Shown: piece after piece, positions 47,645 through 57,035 of the stretch
How the letters are laid out: each line of letters begins with the position of its first letter
Numbering within the stretch: the stretch's first letter is position 1
NCBI GenBank assembly: GCA_964445105.1
Contig: CAYUJS010000005.1
Coordinates: 3,791-67,790 of the forward strand
Length of the DNA: 64,000 nt
Origin: an uncultured bacterium
Lineage (GTDB): Bacteria > Chlamydiota > Chlamydiia > Chlamydiales > JAJFMA01
Reading direction: 5' to 3'
Notes under the pieces: generated by a model
What the model saw: the letters and a program-made list of their open reading frames with translations, nothing else
Told to the model about the DNA's origin: nothing
Database searches by the model: none
Program-made: the position numbers and the translations under genes

Positions 47645-48566
47645 GCCCCAGCAGGCGTTGCTGGTCATCGACGACTGGCATGGCGGTGATGGCTTGATTT
47701 TGATGAGCCTCCATGGCTTTCATGGCCTCCCAAGCCAGCAGGCCGCCCTGTATCGCACGCGGCGCTTTCGTCATCAGTTCTCCGATAGATTTATGTAAAG
47801 CATCAGCGCCGTGCGTATGGAGGGCGCGGCGCAGGTCGCCGTCGGTAAAAATACCGCACAGAATGTTCTGCTCGTCGACAATGATGACACAGCCGCAGGC
47901 TTTACTGGAGAGCTCTCCAAGAATGTCGCTGACTTTATCTTGAGCCATGCATTTTGGTACGTGCGCGCCATGAATCATTAGGTCGTTTACCTTCAAAGAA
48001 ATACGCTTGCCTATGCGCCCGGCTGGGTGGTTCAAAGCGTACTCGTTTAATGAAAATTTTTTAGACCGCATGATAGCGATAGTTAGCACATCTCCGAAAA
48101 TCATCTGGATCGTGGCTGAAGTAGTGGGGGCCAAGTCAAAAGGACATAGCTCTTTAACCAAGGGCAGGCAAATAGTGAGCTGGCAGGCGTGCTCTAGCCG
48201 ACTATTCGGCGAAGAGACGATAGCAACGGGTACCGCGCCTTTATTGCGGATAAAAGGGACCAGGCTAAGGAGCTCTTCGCTTTCGCCGCTCTTACTCAAA
48301 AATAGAAACAGGTCTTTGTTGGCAACCATGCCAAGATCACCGTGCAGAGCGTTGATGGGAGAGATATACAGCGCTTTGGTTCCTGTCGAAACCATAGTAA
48401 CCGCAATTTTTTTGGCCACGATTCCGCTTTTGCCAATACCTGTCAAAAAGATTGTGCCCTCGCACTTGAGCAAGAGTTGCAGAAGCTTTTCGGCTTCTGC
48501 AAGATCGATATGGTCAAAAAAATGTTCGATGTACCTTCGATTGAGTTCGAAGAGCTCTTTGAGCAT
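47607..48566 (-). CDS. kdsD: Arabinose-5-phosphate isomerase (KpsF/GutQ/KdsD; SIS plus tandem CBS domains)
   Basis: It has the SIS motif FLTGIGKSGIVAKKIA and SKSGESEEL, plus a C-terminal CBS pair. It is 319 aa long. Confidence 0.85.
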   Translation of the reverse strand: MLKELFELNRRYIEHFFDHIDLAEAEKLLQLLLKCEGTIFLTGIGKSGIVAKKIAVTMVSTGTKALYISPINALHGDLGMVANKDLFLFLSKSGESEELLSLVPFIRNKGAVPVAIVSSPNSRLEHACQLTICLPLVKELCPFDLAPTTSATIQMIFGDVLTIAIMRSKKFSLNEYALNHPAGRIGKRISLKVNDLMIHGAHVPKCMAQDKVSDILGELSSKACGCVIIVDEQNILCGIFTDGDLRRALHTHGADALHKSIGELMTKAPRAIQGGLLAWEAMKAMEAHQNQAITAMPVVDDQQRLLGLIKMHDILQSGL

Positions 48567-48682
48567 AATGGGTTACTCCAGGTAGCCAGAAGGGACGATT
48601 GTAGACGGTGCGGCCGATCTTGTCAAAAATGACATACAAGAGCAGGATCTGAAGGATGCAACGCAGACAACGGAGACGCAAT

Positions 48683-50119
48683 ATGGGTAAGAAGGCAGCC
48701 ATAGCGGTAGCTTACGGGGATGGAATCGGCCCTGAAATTATGGCAGCTACGCTGCAAGTGCTGCAAGCTGCAGGAGCTCAGCTGGAAATTCATCCGGTAG
48801 AGATAGGCGAAAAGGTCTACCTTGAGGGCAACCGGGCTGGCATTCGCCCAGAGACTTGGGACGTTTTGCGGCATGCCGAAGCGTTTCTTAAAAGCCCCAT
48901 CACCACTCCTCAAGGTGGGGGCTATAAAAGCATCAATGTGACTATCCGCACGCTGATGGGTCTTTATGCGAACGTGCGCCCCTGTGTGTCTTATCACCCC
49001 TTTGTGGGCACCAAGCATCCGGTAATGGATGTGGTGATTGTGCGTGAAAACGAGGAGGATCTGTATACAGGCATTGAATACCGTCAGACCCAAGATTCTG
49101 TCCAGGCACTAAAGATCATGACCCGTTCTGGCTGTGAACGCATTGTGCGCTACGCTTTTCACTACGCCGTTGCGAACAAACGCAAGAAATTAACCTGTTT
49201 CACGAAGGATAATATCCTGAAATTCTCTGACGGCCTCTTCCACCAGGTGTTTGAAGAAATAGCTCAAGAATTCCCCCAAATAGAAAACGAACATTGGATC
49301 GTTGACATCGGTGCCGCAAAAATGGCAGACACCCCACAAGCTTTTGATGTGATCGTGCTGCCAAACTTATATGGCGATATCTTGTCGGATGTCGCCGCCC
49401 AAATTGCAGGCTCGGTTGGCTTGGCAGGCTCGGCCAATATAGGGGTGCATGGAGCTATGTTTGAAGCCATTCACGGTTCTGCTCCGCGACGCGCGGGGCA
49501 AAACCTTGCCAATCCCAGCGGATTGCTGCTCGCCGGCGTGATGATGATGGTGCACATCAACCAGCCTGAAGTAGCCACACAGGTACACAACGCGTGGCTA
49601 AAGACCTTAGAAGATGGTATTCATACCTACGATATTTTCAAAGAGGGGATCAGTAAGCAAAAAGTTGGCACCAAAGAGTTTGCCGACGCAGTGAGCCAGC
49701 GGATTGGCCAGCAGCCCTCTAGCCTTAAGGCAGTTACCTACACCGCAGATCAAAGTCAAAGAGCTCCCCAAACAAAAGCCACAACCTTTGTCGCGCAACG
49801 TAAGGAGCTTGTCGGCGTGGACATCTTTATCGAGGCCCAATCTTCGGTAGAAGAATTACGCATAAAGATGGCCAGCCACAACGATCAGCTGGTTCTGGTC
49901 TTGATTACTAATCGTGGAGCAAGGGTCTGGCCCGACACCATTGCCGAAACCACTCTATGCGACCAGTGGCGCTGCCGCTATCAAAGACCGGACGGTAAAA
50001 CCGTTTCCTTGCAAGAAGTAGTGGGGCTGCTGCAAAAATTGTCACAGGATAACGTAGAGTTCATCCAGACAGAAAACTTGTATACGTTCGACGGGAGCCC
50101 CGGCTTTTCGCATGCGTAG
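48683..50119 (+). CDS. icd: Isocitrate dehydrogenase, ~480-aa subfamily with a C-terminal extension
   Basis: It has the isocitrate/isopropylmalate dehydrogenase fold (AVAYGDGIGPEI, NLYGDILSDVAAQIAGSVGLAGSANIG, EAIHGSAPRRAG) plus about 140 extra C-terminal residues. I recall the same arrangement in the Rickettsia-type Icd subfamily. Confidence 0.8.
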   Translation: MGKKAAIAVAYGDGIGPEIMAATLQVLQAAGAQLEIHPVEIGEKVYLEGNRAGIRPETWDVLRHAEAFLKSPITTPQGGGYKSINVTIRTLMGLYANVRPCVSYHPFVGTKHPVMDVVIVRENEEDLYTGIEYRQTQDSVQALKIMTRSGCERIVRYAFHYAVANKRKKLTCFTKDNILKFSDGLFHQVFEEIAQEFPQIENEHWIVDIGAAKMADTPQAFDVIVLPNLYGDILSDVAAQIAGSVGLAGSANIGVHGAMFEAIHGSAPRRAGQNLANPSGLLLAGVMMMVHINQPEVATQVHNAWLKTLEDGIHTYDIFKEGISKQKVGTKEFADAVSQRIGQQPSSLKAVTYTADQSQRAPQTKATTFVAQRKELVGVDIFIEAQSSVEELRIKMASHNDQLVLVLITNRGARVWPDTIAETTLCDQWRCRYQRPDGKTVSLQEVVGLLQKLSQDNVEFIQTENLYTFDGSPGFSHA

Positions 50120-50290
50120 CCAAGGCCCCTGATAGCCAAGGCTAGCGCGGTATGATGTTTTAGTGGCTTGTCCGTCCTTTTGCAGAGCCGTTCCTTGCTG
50201 GTCCAGAACGCGCGGCTCTGCCAGATTGCTTGCACCAAGTATGCCTCTTTAGGCATACTTTCAGCGAAAGTTGTCATGGAAAGCCAAAAC

Positions 50291-50438
50291 ATGAAGCGAT
50301 TTTTATGGATCGGCCGTAGCCGCGAAGACCTCAAGGAGCTTTCAGACAAAGTGGCTTAATCTAGCTCAAACTGGAGATAGACGTAAGGATGCAAAGACTT
50401 TTCGAGAAATGGGAAACGCCAGAATTATAGAGCTTTGA
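50291..50438 (+). pseudogene. HigB/RelE (Gp49-like) toxin remnant: one frameshift, C-terminal half deleted
   Basis: MKRFLWIGRSREDLKELSDKVA runs to a stop at 50357..50359. It then continues in the -1 frame as NLAQTGDRRKDAKTFREMGNARIIEL*. Joined together these match the family consensus W.GSS..DL..FP..V....L..LQ.G....DAK.....G....EL. Confidence 0.6.
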
Positions 50439-50788
50439 GAGGCAGGAGGAAAGCTCCGGTAACGTTTTTGCCGACTTAGGCTTTGAAAACCCTGAGGAGG
50501 CCTTGGCCAAGGCAGAGTTGGCCCGGCAGATAACCAAAACCATCAAACAGCGCAAAATGACCCAAAAGAAGGCCGCTGAAATTTTGGGTATTGACCAGCC
50601 AAAGGTTTCCGCGCTAAATCTGCGGAAGACTGCGTAGTTTCTCGCTAGAACGCCTTTTTCGCTTTCTTAGCGAATTAGGCCAAGACGTGAGTGTTGTAGT
50701 TCAACCGGCTAAATCACATTCAGGGCTTGGCCATACTTCGATTGGAGATTCTCCTTCTGGTATCCCCATTGCTGCTTTGGGCAAGTAA
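50431..50788 (+). pseudogene. XRE-type HigA-like antitoxin remnant: start codon lost, one frameshift
   Basis: ..SSGNVFADLGFENPEEALAKAELARQITKTIKQRKMTQKKAAEILGIDQPKVSAL.. ends at the stop at 50635..50637. The homology resumes in the +1 frame as CGRLRSFSLERLFRFLSELGQDVSVVVQP, running to the stop at 50786..50788. Confidence 0.7.
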
Positions 50789-51055
50789 GGCACTTCTACT
50801 GCTGAGATAGGGTTTGCTTTCTTGGCGCACTTTCTGCGTAGTTTAAGACGGTAGTTGTCGCAGCTTATTGAAGATTTGCCCTAGTCTTGTGTGTCCTTCT
50901 CCCGGTTTTGCATCCCGATGGCCGTTTTAAGAATGCAGTAGAAAGTCTCTGCTCTCCAAAGCCCTCGCGAGCTGGTACGTATTTGAGCGGTGGTTCTTTG
51001 ATCTGCCGTCTGACGCAGGTAATACCAGTAAGGAGCGCTCGCTTGGCAGATGCTT

Positions 51056-53446
51056 TTAAGAAACCTTTGTCTTAGCCTTAGGTTTCGCTTTTGTTTTTGC
51101 CTTGGGCTTTGCCTTTGCTTTAGCTTTTGGCTCGGCTTGGCTTTCCTTGCCCTCTTTGGCTATTTTTGCGCCGACTTTGCTTTTGACAGAGGCTCCACGG
51201 CGAGGTTTTTTCACGTAAGGAGCTTTGGGGTGGTCTTGGTATTTTTCTTCTAAATCGGCTAGATCATTCACGATGACATCGCAGTCGGGGTAGTTTGAGC
51301 AAGAGTAAAATGTTTTACCGAAGCGCGACTTGCGAGCATTGAGATGGCCTTCGCACCCGATGGCCGGGCAAGTTGGCATGTCTGCTGCGGGCAGGACGCC
51401 TGTTTCTCCCTTCTTTGGTATGTTAACAATGCCTTTGCATTCGGGGTAGCTCTTACAACCGAGGAATGCACCGTAACGGCCATGGCGTATTTTCATCACA
51501 GAGCTGCAGTTAGGGCAGAGCTGTTCAAAATCGAAGCCATCTGCGTACTCGTCTTTGTTGAAATGAAACTGCTCGATAGGCGCGGAGTAGCTACAGTCTG
51601 GATAGCGTGAGCAACCGTAAAAGTACTTGTTTTTGTACCAAATTTTCTGCAATTTGGAGCTGCAATCTGGACAATCTAAGTCAGTTTCTACGCGAGGGAT
51701 AAAAGCCTCTTTCTGCGCAATTTCCAAGGTGGCTGAAAAAGGTACCCAAAACTCACCGAGCAGTGTACGCCAGTTCTTTCTATTTTCGGCAACTTCTTCT
51801 AGTTCGTCTTCCATGCGCGCTGTGAAGTCGATGCGCATGATTTGCGCAAAGTTTGCCTCTAAGAAGGCCGCCAGCACGCAACCGAGTTCGGTAGGTTTGA
51901 GTCGTTTGCTCTCCTTGACAGTGTAGTCGCGGCTTTGGATCTTGTTCATGATTGCCGCGTAGGTAGAGGGACGGCCTATGCCAGATTTTTCCAATTCTTT
52001 GACCAGAGAGGCTTCTGTATAGCGTGGAGGGGGTTTGGTGAAGGCTTGATCGTGGGTTACTTTCTCTAGATCGAGTAACTGATTTTCGACCAAGGGGGGC
52101 AGTAGTTTATCCGACTCTGATTCAGCGTCGTCGAATTTTTCTTCGTAAATAGCCAAAAAGCCCGCAAATTTTAGCACAGATCCTGTTGCCCGTAGGGTCA
52201 ATTTGCCCCCATCAGCCGTAATGTCTGCGGAGACAGTATCGTAGACGGCGGGGTTCATCTGTGAGGCGAAGAAACGCTTCCAGATCAGCGTATAGAGATT
52301 AAATTGCTCTCTTGAGAGGTAATCTTGTATTTTTTCGGGGTGGTGATCGAGATTGGCCGGTCGTATCGCTTCGTGGGCATCCTGCGCGCTTTTCTTGGTG
52401 GCGTAGTTACGCGGTTCGTCTGGGACGAACTCCGGGCCGAATTCGGCCTTGATCTGTGCACGAGCTTGGGTAATGACTTCAGGCGTGACGCGTACGGAGT
52501 CAGTACGCATATAAGTGATCAGGCCTTCAGAGCCTTCGCTGCCGAGATCCACCCCTTCATATAAGCTCTGCGCAATACTCATTGTTTTAGCGGCATTGTA
52601 TCCGTGGTGACGACTAGCCTCTTGCTGTAGCGTAGAGGTGATAAATGGAGGGACAGGAAAGCGGCGCTTCTCTTTTCTTTCGACCGGGCCTACTTGGTAG
52701 GGGCCTCGTTTCACTCTTTCTACGATATCTTCAGCAGTCTGTTTATCTGAAATGAGCGTGACTTCTTTGCCGGCAATGGGCTCTTTTTCCACACGTTTGC
52801 CATCAACGGCATAAAGGTAGGATGAGAAAACAGTGTTATCTGTGCGGAAGAGAACGTGAATGTTCCAGTACTCTATCGATTTAAATGCTTCGATCTCTTT
52901 TTCGCGGTCTACGACGAGCTTGAGTGCGACTGATTGCACGCGTCCAGCGGAGACGCCTTTTTGGGCACCACGCTGAATACGGCGGTTCAGGATAGGGGAG
53001 ATTTTGTAGCCTACAATGCGGTCTAAGAGTCGGCGCGCTTGCTGGGCGTTGACCAGTGCTTCGTCGAGCTCGCGCGGGTTTGCTAGCGCCTTCAGTACAG
53101 CGTCTTTGGTCATCGCGTTTGAGGCCACGCGTTTAAACTTAGTGCCCTTGGGGAGGATTTGCGTGATATGCCAGGCGATCGCCTCTCCCTCGCGGTCAGG
53201 GTCTGAGAACAGGTAAACCATCTCCGCGCCCTTGGCGGCCTGACGTAATTTTTCGATTACCCCTTTCTTATCAGCCATCGTTTCGTAGTGGGGCTCGAAA
53301 TCGTGCTCGAGGTCGATGCCGAACTCTTTTTCTGGTAAATCGCGAATATGCCCTACGCTTGACTCAAGCAGGTAGTCCGAGCCCAAGAACTTCTTTAACG
53401 TTTTGGTTTTGGTAGGGGACTCGACAATGATTAATTTTTTTCCCAT
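51056..53446 (-). CDS. topA: DNA topoisomerase I with three C-terminal Zn-ribbons and a Lys/Ala/Pro-rich basic tail
   Basis: The start was chosen at ATG 53446 (MGKKLIIVESPTKTKTL, as in E. coli TopA) rather than the TTG at 53455. It has a TOPRIM domain and the active-site region ITYMRTDS. The Zn-ribbons are CPDCSS..GCSRYPDC, CPNCSS..GCKSYPEC and CPAIGCEG..SCSNYPDC. The tail reads EPKAKAKAKPKAKTKAKPKAKTKVS. Confidence 0.9.
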   Translation of the reverse strand: MGKKLIIVESPTKTKTLKKFLGSDYLLESSVGHIRDLPEKEFGIDLEHDFEPHYETMADKKGVIEKLRQAAKGAEMVYLFSDPDREGEAIAWHITQILPKGTKFKRVASNAMTKDAVLKALANPRELDEALVNAQQARRLLDRIVGYKISPILNRRIQRGAQKGVSAGRVQSVALKLVVDREKEIEAFKSIEYWNIHVLFRTDNTVFSSYLYAVDGKRVEKEPIAGKEVTLISDKQTAEDIVERVKRGPYQVGPVERKEKRRFPVPPFITSTLQQEASRHHGYNAAKTMSIAQSLYEGVDLGSEGSEGLITYMRTDSVRVTPEVITQARAQIKAEFGPEFVPDEPRNYATKKSAQDAHEAIRPANLDHHPEKIQDYLSREQFNLYTLIWKRFFASQMNPAVYDTVSADITADGGKLTLRATGSVLKFAGFLAIYEEKFDDAESESDKLLPPLVENQLLDLEKVTHDQAFTKPPPRYTEASLVKELEKSGIGRPSTYAAIMNKIQSRDYTVKESKRLKPTELGCVLAAFLEANFAQIMRIDFTARMEDELEEVAENRKNWRTLLGEFWVPFSATLEIAQKEAFIPRVETDLDCPDCSSKLQKIWYKNKYFYGCSRYPDCSYSAPIEQFHFNKDEYADGFDFEQLCPNCSSVMKIRHGRYGAFLGCKSYPECKGIVNIPKKGETGVLPAADMPTCPAIGCEGHLNARKSRFGKTFYSCSNYPDCDVIVNDLADLEEKYQDHPKAPYVKKPRRGASVKSKVGAKIAKEGKESQAEPKAKAKAKPKAKTKAKPKAKTKVS

Positions 53447-53451
53447 GTATG

Positions 53452-54546
53452 TCAACCTTTATAGATAACTTTTTTATAGATCTTGCCGGGGAACTCTTTA
53501 ATCGCGCGCTTCAATATTAGGCTCATTAGCAGAACAGTTAATTTCGAGACAGGTAGTTTTGTCAAGGAAAGAAGTTCGTCGATCGCGAGCTCCTGCTCGG
53601 GTAGTTGGTCCAAAAGGGCGCGCTCTTCTGCTTCTAAAGGCATAGCGGTGGCTTCTATTGACTTAACAAATAATTCTCCAAAATGGCTGACAATATCCTC
53701 AGCCGATTCGATAAGGTGGGCCTTATCGCTTTTCAGAAGTGCGTGATTGCCGCGAAAATGGGGGGTATCCGCGCGGCCAGGTAAAGCAAAGACGGGGCGT
53801 TTACCTTGACTGAGTGCCTGCTCTGCTGTGATCAGCGCGCCACTTTGGCTGGGTGCTTCTACCACAACGATACCTAGTGAAAGGCCACTGACGATACGAT
53901 TGCGTCGCGGAAACTGCTGGCGGCTGGGCGGTGTGAACATAGGGAACTCGCTAATAACCGCGCCTTGTTTTGCAATGTGCTGTGCCAGAAGCGTGTTTTC
54001 TTTCGGATAGATATCGGAGAGGCCGGAGCCGATGACGGCAATGGTGCGCCCTTTGCTCTCTAGCGTCGCTTGGTGGGCTGCTGTGTCAATACCACGTGCC
54101 AGGCCGCTAACGATGGTGAATCCCTGGCTTGCAAGGTCTCTAGAAAGCTGTTGGGCCATCTCCATGCCGTAGATGCTTGCATTGCGGGTGCCTATCAAAG
54201 CCAAGCAGCGTTCATCGCAGGGCTGAAGCGTGCCTTTCACGTAAAGAACCGCCGGCGCATCGGGCAACTGCGCCAGCCGGCTGGGATAGTTGGGGTCGGT
54301 GTATGCGAGAATGCTTACGCCTTTGTCTGCAGCTTCGTCCAGATCCGCACGCCATTTGGACTGCTCTTTGCAAGTGGCCAGCCCTTGGATTACCTTTGGT
54401 GAAAATCCTGGCAGCTCAGCTAGGGCTGCAGGTGGCGCATAAAACGCTTCTAAGGCCGATCCAAAATAGCTGAGCAGTAGGCGGATTCGCATAGGCCCTA
54501 CCTGCGCAGCGCTGTTTAGCGCCACCAATGCTTCAAGTTCATCCAT
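53452..54546 (-). CDS. dprA: DNA-processing protein DprA (Smf)
   Basis: It has ALIGTRNASIYGMEMAQQLSRDLASQGFTIVSGLARGIDTAAHQATL. It is 364 aa long. Confidence 0.85.
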   Translation of the reverse strand: MDELEALVALNSAAQVGPMRIRLLLSYFGSALEAFYAPPAALAELPGFSPKVIQGLATCKEQSKWRADLDEAADKGVSILAYTDPNYPSRLAQLPDAPAVLYVKGTLQPCDERCLALIGTRNASIYGMEMAQQLSRDLASQGFTIVSGLARGIDTAAHQATLESKGRTIAVIGSGLSDIYPKENTLLAQHIAKQGAVISEFPMFTPPSRQQFPRRNRIVSGLSLGIVVVEAPSQSGALITAEQALSQGKRPVFALPGRADTPHFRGNHALLKSDKAHLIESAEDIVSHFGELFVKSIEATAMPLEAEERALLDQLPEQELAIDELLSLTKLPVSKLTVLLMSLILKRAIKEFPGKIYKKVIYKG

Positions 54547-55570
54547 CGAGAAGCTGCTCTAATGCTAGATTTCGTAACAGTTCCGCTTGGCCCTCTTCCC
54601 TTAAAAGCACAAATGCAAGCTCGCCTTGCTCGGTTTTTTTATCCCTCTGCATCCAAGGGATGAGATCGCGCATACTTATCCTGTCGGGCAGGGCAGTAGG
54701 CAGGCCTGCTTTTAGGCAAAGGGCTTGCAGGCGATCGGCTACTTTTTGTGGGGTAATCGCTAGCTTTACACCCAAACGCGCGGCTACGTTCATGCCGATG
54801 GCTACCGCCTCGCCGTGAAGTAGATGAGAGTCCATAGCTCTCTCTAGTGCGTGGCCGGTCGTGTGGCCAAAATTGAGAATAGCGCGCTGGCCCATATCCC
54901 AGGGGTCAAGGCTAACTATCCTTTGTTTGTTGTTGATGCAGCGCTGGATTAACTCCGCTAGGGAAGTTGAGCGCCGCTGCAATAGAGCGTCCATTTCTAT
55001 TTCCAAGAAAACCAGCAAGCCCGGATCGCAGACAAAGCCGTACTTAATCGCCTCGGCCAAACCCGCGCGCAATTCCCGGTCGGGTAGGGTTTGCAGACAG
55101 TCGATGTTTGCATACACAGCCTTCGGTAGATGAAAGGTGCCGATGGCGTTTTTTAGATCGCCAAAATTGATGCCATTTTTTCCACCAACCGCTGCATCGA
55201 TCATTCCTAGCAGGGTGGTGGGGATCGTTAGAAGGTCTATCCCGCGCATGTAACAGCTGGCGGCAAAACCCGCTGCATCTGTCAGCGCGCCACCGCCCAG
55301 ACTTACCATTACCGAGCGCCTATCTAGACCTGCCGCTCGCATCGCAGCCCAGCAAGACTGTACGCAGGCGAGCTCTTTGGCCTCCTCGCCGCAGGGAAAA
55401 AGAAATTTTTGGTAAGACCAGCCAGCGTTTTCCAGCTCCTGCGCCACCGCAGCTCCGTAGCGCGTGTGTGCTGAATCGGTAGAAGCGATGATCCCCCGGC
55501 AGCCCACTGGCCAACGGCTCAAAAGTGTGCGCAGTTCGCGAAACCCCAAAGATACAATAACTTCTTCCAT
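54539..55570 (-). CDS. aroB: 3-dehydroquinate synthase
   Basis: It has GGGALTDAAGFAASCYMRGIDLLTIPTTLLGMIDAAVGGKNGINF and HTTGHALE..LLHGEAVAIGM. It has an 8-nt overlap with dprA. Confidence 0.85.
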   Translation of the reverse strand: MEEVIVSLGFRELRTLLSRWPVGCRGIIASTDSAHTRYGAAVAQELENAGWSYQKFLFPCGEEAKELACVQSCWAAMRAAGLDRRSVMVSLGGGALTDAAGFAASCYMRGIDLLTIPTTLLGMIDAAVGGKNGINFGDLKNAIGTFHLPKAVYANIDCLQTLPDRELRAGLAEAIKYGFVCDPGLLVFLEIEMDALLQRRSTSLAELIQRCINNKQRIVSLDPWDMGQRAILNFGHTTGHALERAMDSHLLHGEAVAIGMNVAARLGVKLAITPQKVADRLQALCLKAGLPTALPDRISMRDLIPWMQRDKKTEQGELAFVLLREEGQAELLRNLALEQLLDG

Positions 55571-55755
55571 GACACTGCGAAATAAATGATAAACTGTTGG
55601 AAGATCTTACAGAGCAGTGCCTTACCCCACAAGAAAAATAACTAAGTCACTAAAAAACAATGGGAAAGGTGTCTTTTGAACGGGTATTAAGGATCTTTTG
55701 CAAATTAATCCTAAATCATTCAACATAGTAACTTTTCGGAAGAGACAGGTTGAGT

Positions 55756-56496
55756 ATGGTACAGAAACAGAAGACAGAATCCCAAGAAATCGAACTGATT
55801 CCGGGCTCCCCGCTCATTTTTCAACTAGTCGACTGGTTTCATGAGCATGGGCGATTTGTGGCCTACGCTATTGTAGCTCTGCTCGTGGTTTTGCTGTCTG
55901 CGCTAGTCTGGGCCGGTCAACGTCAAGGCACTTCGGAGAAGTCATATATCGGAGCTCAAGTTTCTTATGAAAAATTTTTTAAAATAGCTGCTGATCAGAT
56001 CGATCCTGCTAAAGAACAGCCGTTTTTGGCCTTGCAGGAGGCCATGGAAGAGCACCCAGACTTAAGCGCTCGTTACGAGGGGCCTGTAGCGCAGGTATTT
56101 CTGCGCGTTGCGGCCATGGAGCCCGCCCTGATCTACGGCGGTAAAGCGTTGACCAGGCTTTCGAACGAGAACTTTCCCTTCTTCGAGGACTTTTCCAAGA
56201 CCTCCTTGCTGATCGTGCAAGAAGAAGAGCAGGAGGCTTTAAAACGCGCGCTGTTCTTACAAAAGAAGATGTTAGAGGCCGGCGGTAAAGATGCTATTAC
56301 AATGCTGAACCAGCTGCGCATTGCCATGCTTTATGGTCGAATGGGTAACAAAGTTGAAGAAAGCAATGCTTGGAGGCAGTGGGAGCGGCTGGTTATTACT
56401 AACCCACAAGCAGCACAGCAGATAGCCGATGGTTTTAAAACGGGCAAGGTTTCTCTAGCTGATTATATTGCTGCTAGAAAAAAAGATTTAAGTTAA
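55756..56496 (+). CDS. Hypothetical N-terminally membrane-anchored helical (TPR-like) protein
   Basis: The ATG at 55756 was chosen. It has a single TM (FVAYAIVALLVVLLSALVWAG) followed by an all-helical region. I could not assign a family. Confidence 0.5.
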   Translation: MVQKQKTESQEIELIPGSPLIFQLVDWFHEHGRFVAYAIVALLVVLLSALVWAGQRQGTSEKSYIGAQVSYEKFFKIAADQIDPAKEQPFLALQEAMEEHPDLSARYEGPVAQVFLRVAAMEPALIYGGKALTRLSNENFPFFEDFSKTSLLIVQEEEQEALKRALFLQKKMLEAGGKDAITMLNQLRIAMLYGRMGNKVEESNAWRQWERLVITNPQAAQQIADGFKTGKVSLADYIAARKKDLS

Positions 56497-56680
56497 ATAA
56501 TAAAGCAACCCGAAAATAGTGGGACAACGGAGCAATGAGGGAGGTGACACCAGTCGTTATGACGCTCGAAACCACGGCCTTTGGGATTTTGAAAAAGTTG
56601 AATTAGATATTGGACTTGTGCGCAACTTAGCGGACGAGATTGGAAAAATTTTATAGAGAGAGCTTGAAGGCGCATCTTAA

Positions 56681-56944
56681 ATGCCCCACATGCTCTCTTT
56701 CAGCTGCCCGCAAGGGCAGGTGGAGTATTTTACAGTGAGTACAGCTATTGGCTTGCTGGCGCTTGATGAATTGGAACGAATAGAGAGAGTTCAACGCTAT
56801 GCCGCAAGGATTGCTTTGCAGCCGCTATTCAACTTCAGTCAAGGCGCCGGAATGGTATCAGAGGAGCGTTTTCCTCTTGGAACAGCCGCAGTGCCTGCAA
56901 AGGAGACTGTGCAAGTGAAGGGGAAGATTACCGTTTCTTTCTAA
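56681..56944 (+). CDS. Hypothetical 87-aa protein
   Basis: It is an isolated ORF followed by a strong hairpin terminator. I recognised no motif. Confidence 0.35.
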   Translation: MPHMLSFSCPQGQVEYFTVSTAIGLLALDELERIERVQRYAARIALQPLFNFSQGAGMVSEERFPLGTAAVPAKETVQVKGKITVSF

Positions 56945-56967
56945 AACGAGAGAAATAACAATTGTTT

Positions 56968-57005
56968 ATGGCTGTTTGGTGAGTAATCGCCAAACAGCCA
57001 TTTTA
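56968..57005 (+). terminator. Rho-independent terminator candidate
   Basis: A perfect 12-bp stem, ATGGCTGTTTGG (56968..56979) paired with CCAAACAGCCAT (56990..57001), encloses a 10-nt loop. It is followed by TTTA. Confidence 0.6.
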
Positions 57006-57035
57006 GTATGAGCTTTTTAACGCAGGGTTTAGGGC

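Noticed and set aside
49700-50119. Icd carries a ~140-aa C-terminal extension that could be a novel fused domain.
   Set aside because: As far as I recall, about 480-aa Icd proteins with this extension form a known subfamily (Rickettsia/alphaproteobacterial type), so it is not novel. This should be confirmed by an HMM search.
50444-50460. GAGGAAAGCTCCGG resembles the conserved GAGGAAAGUCCGG core of RNase P RNA.
   Set aside because: It sits inside the HigA-like antitoxin remnant reading frame. None of the other RNase P conserved regions or helices are present nearby.
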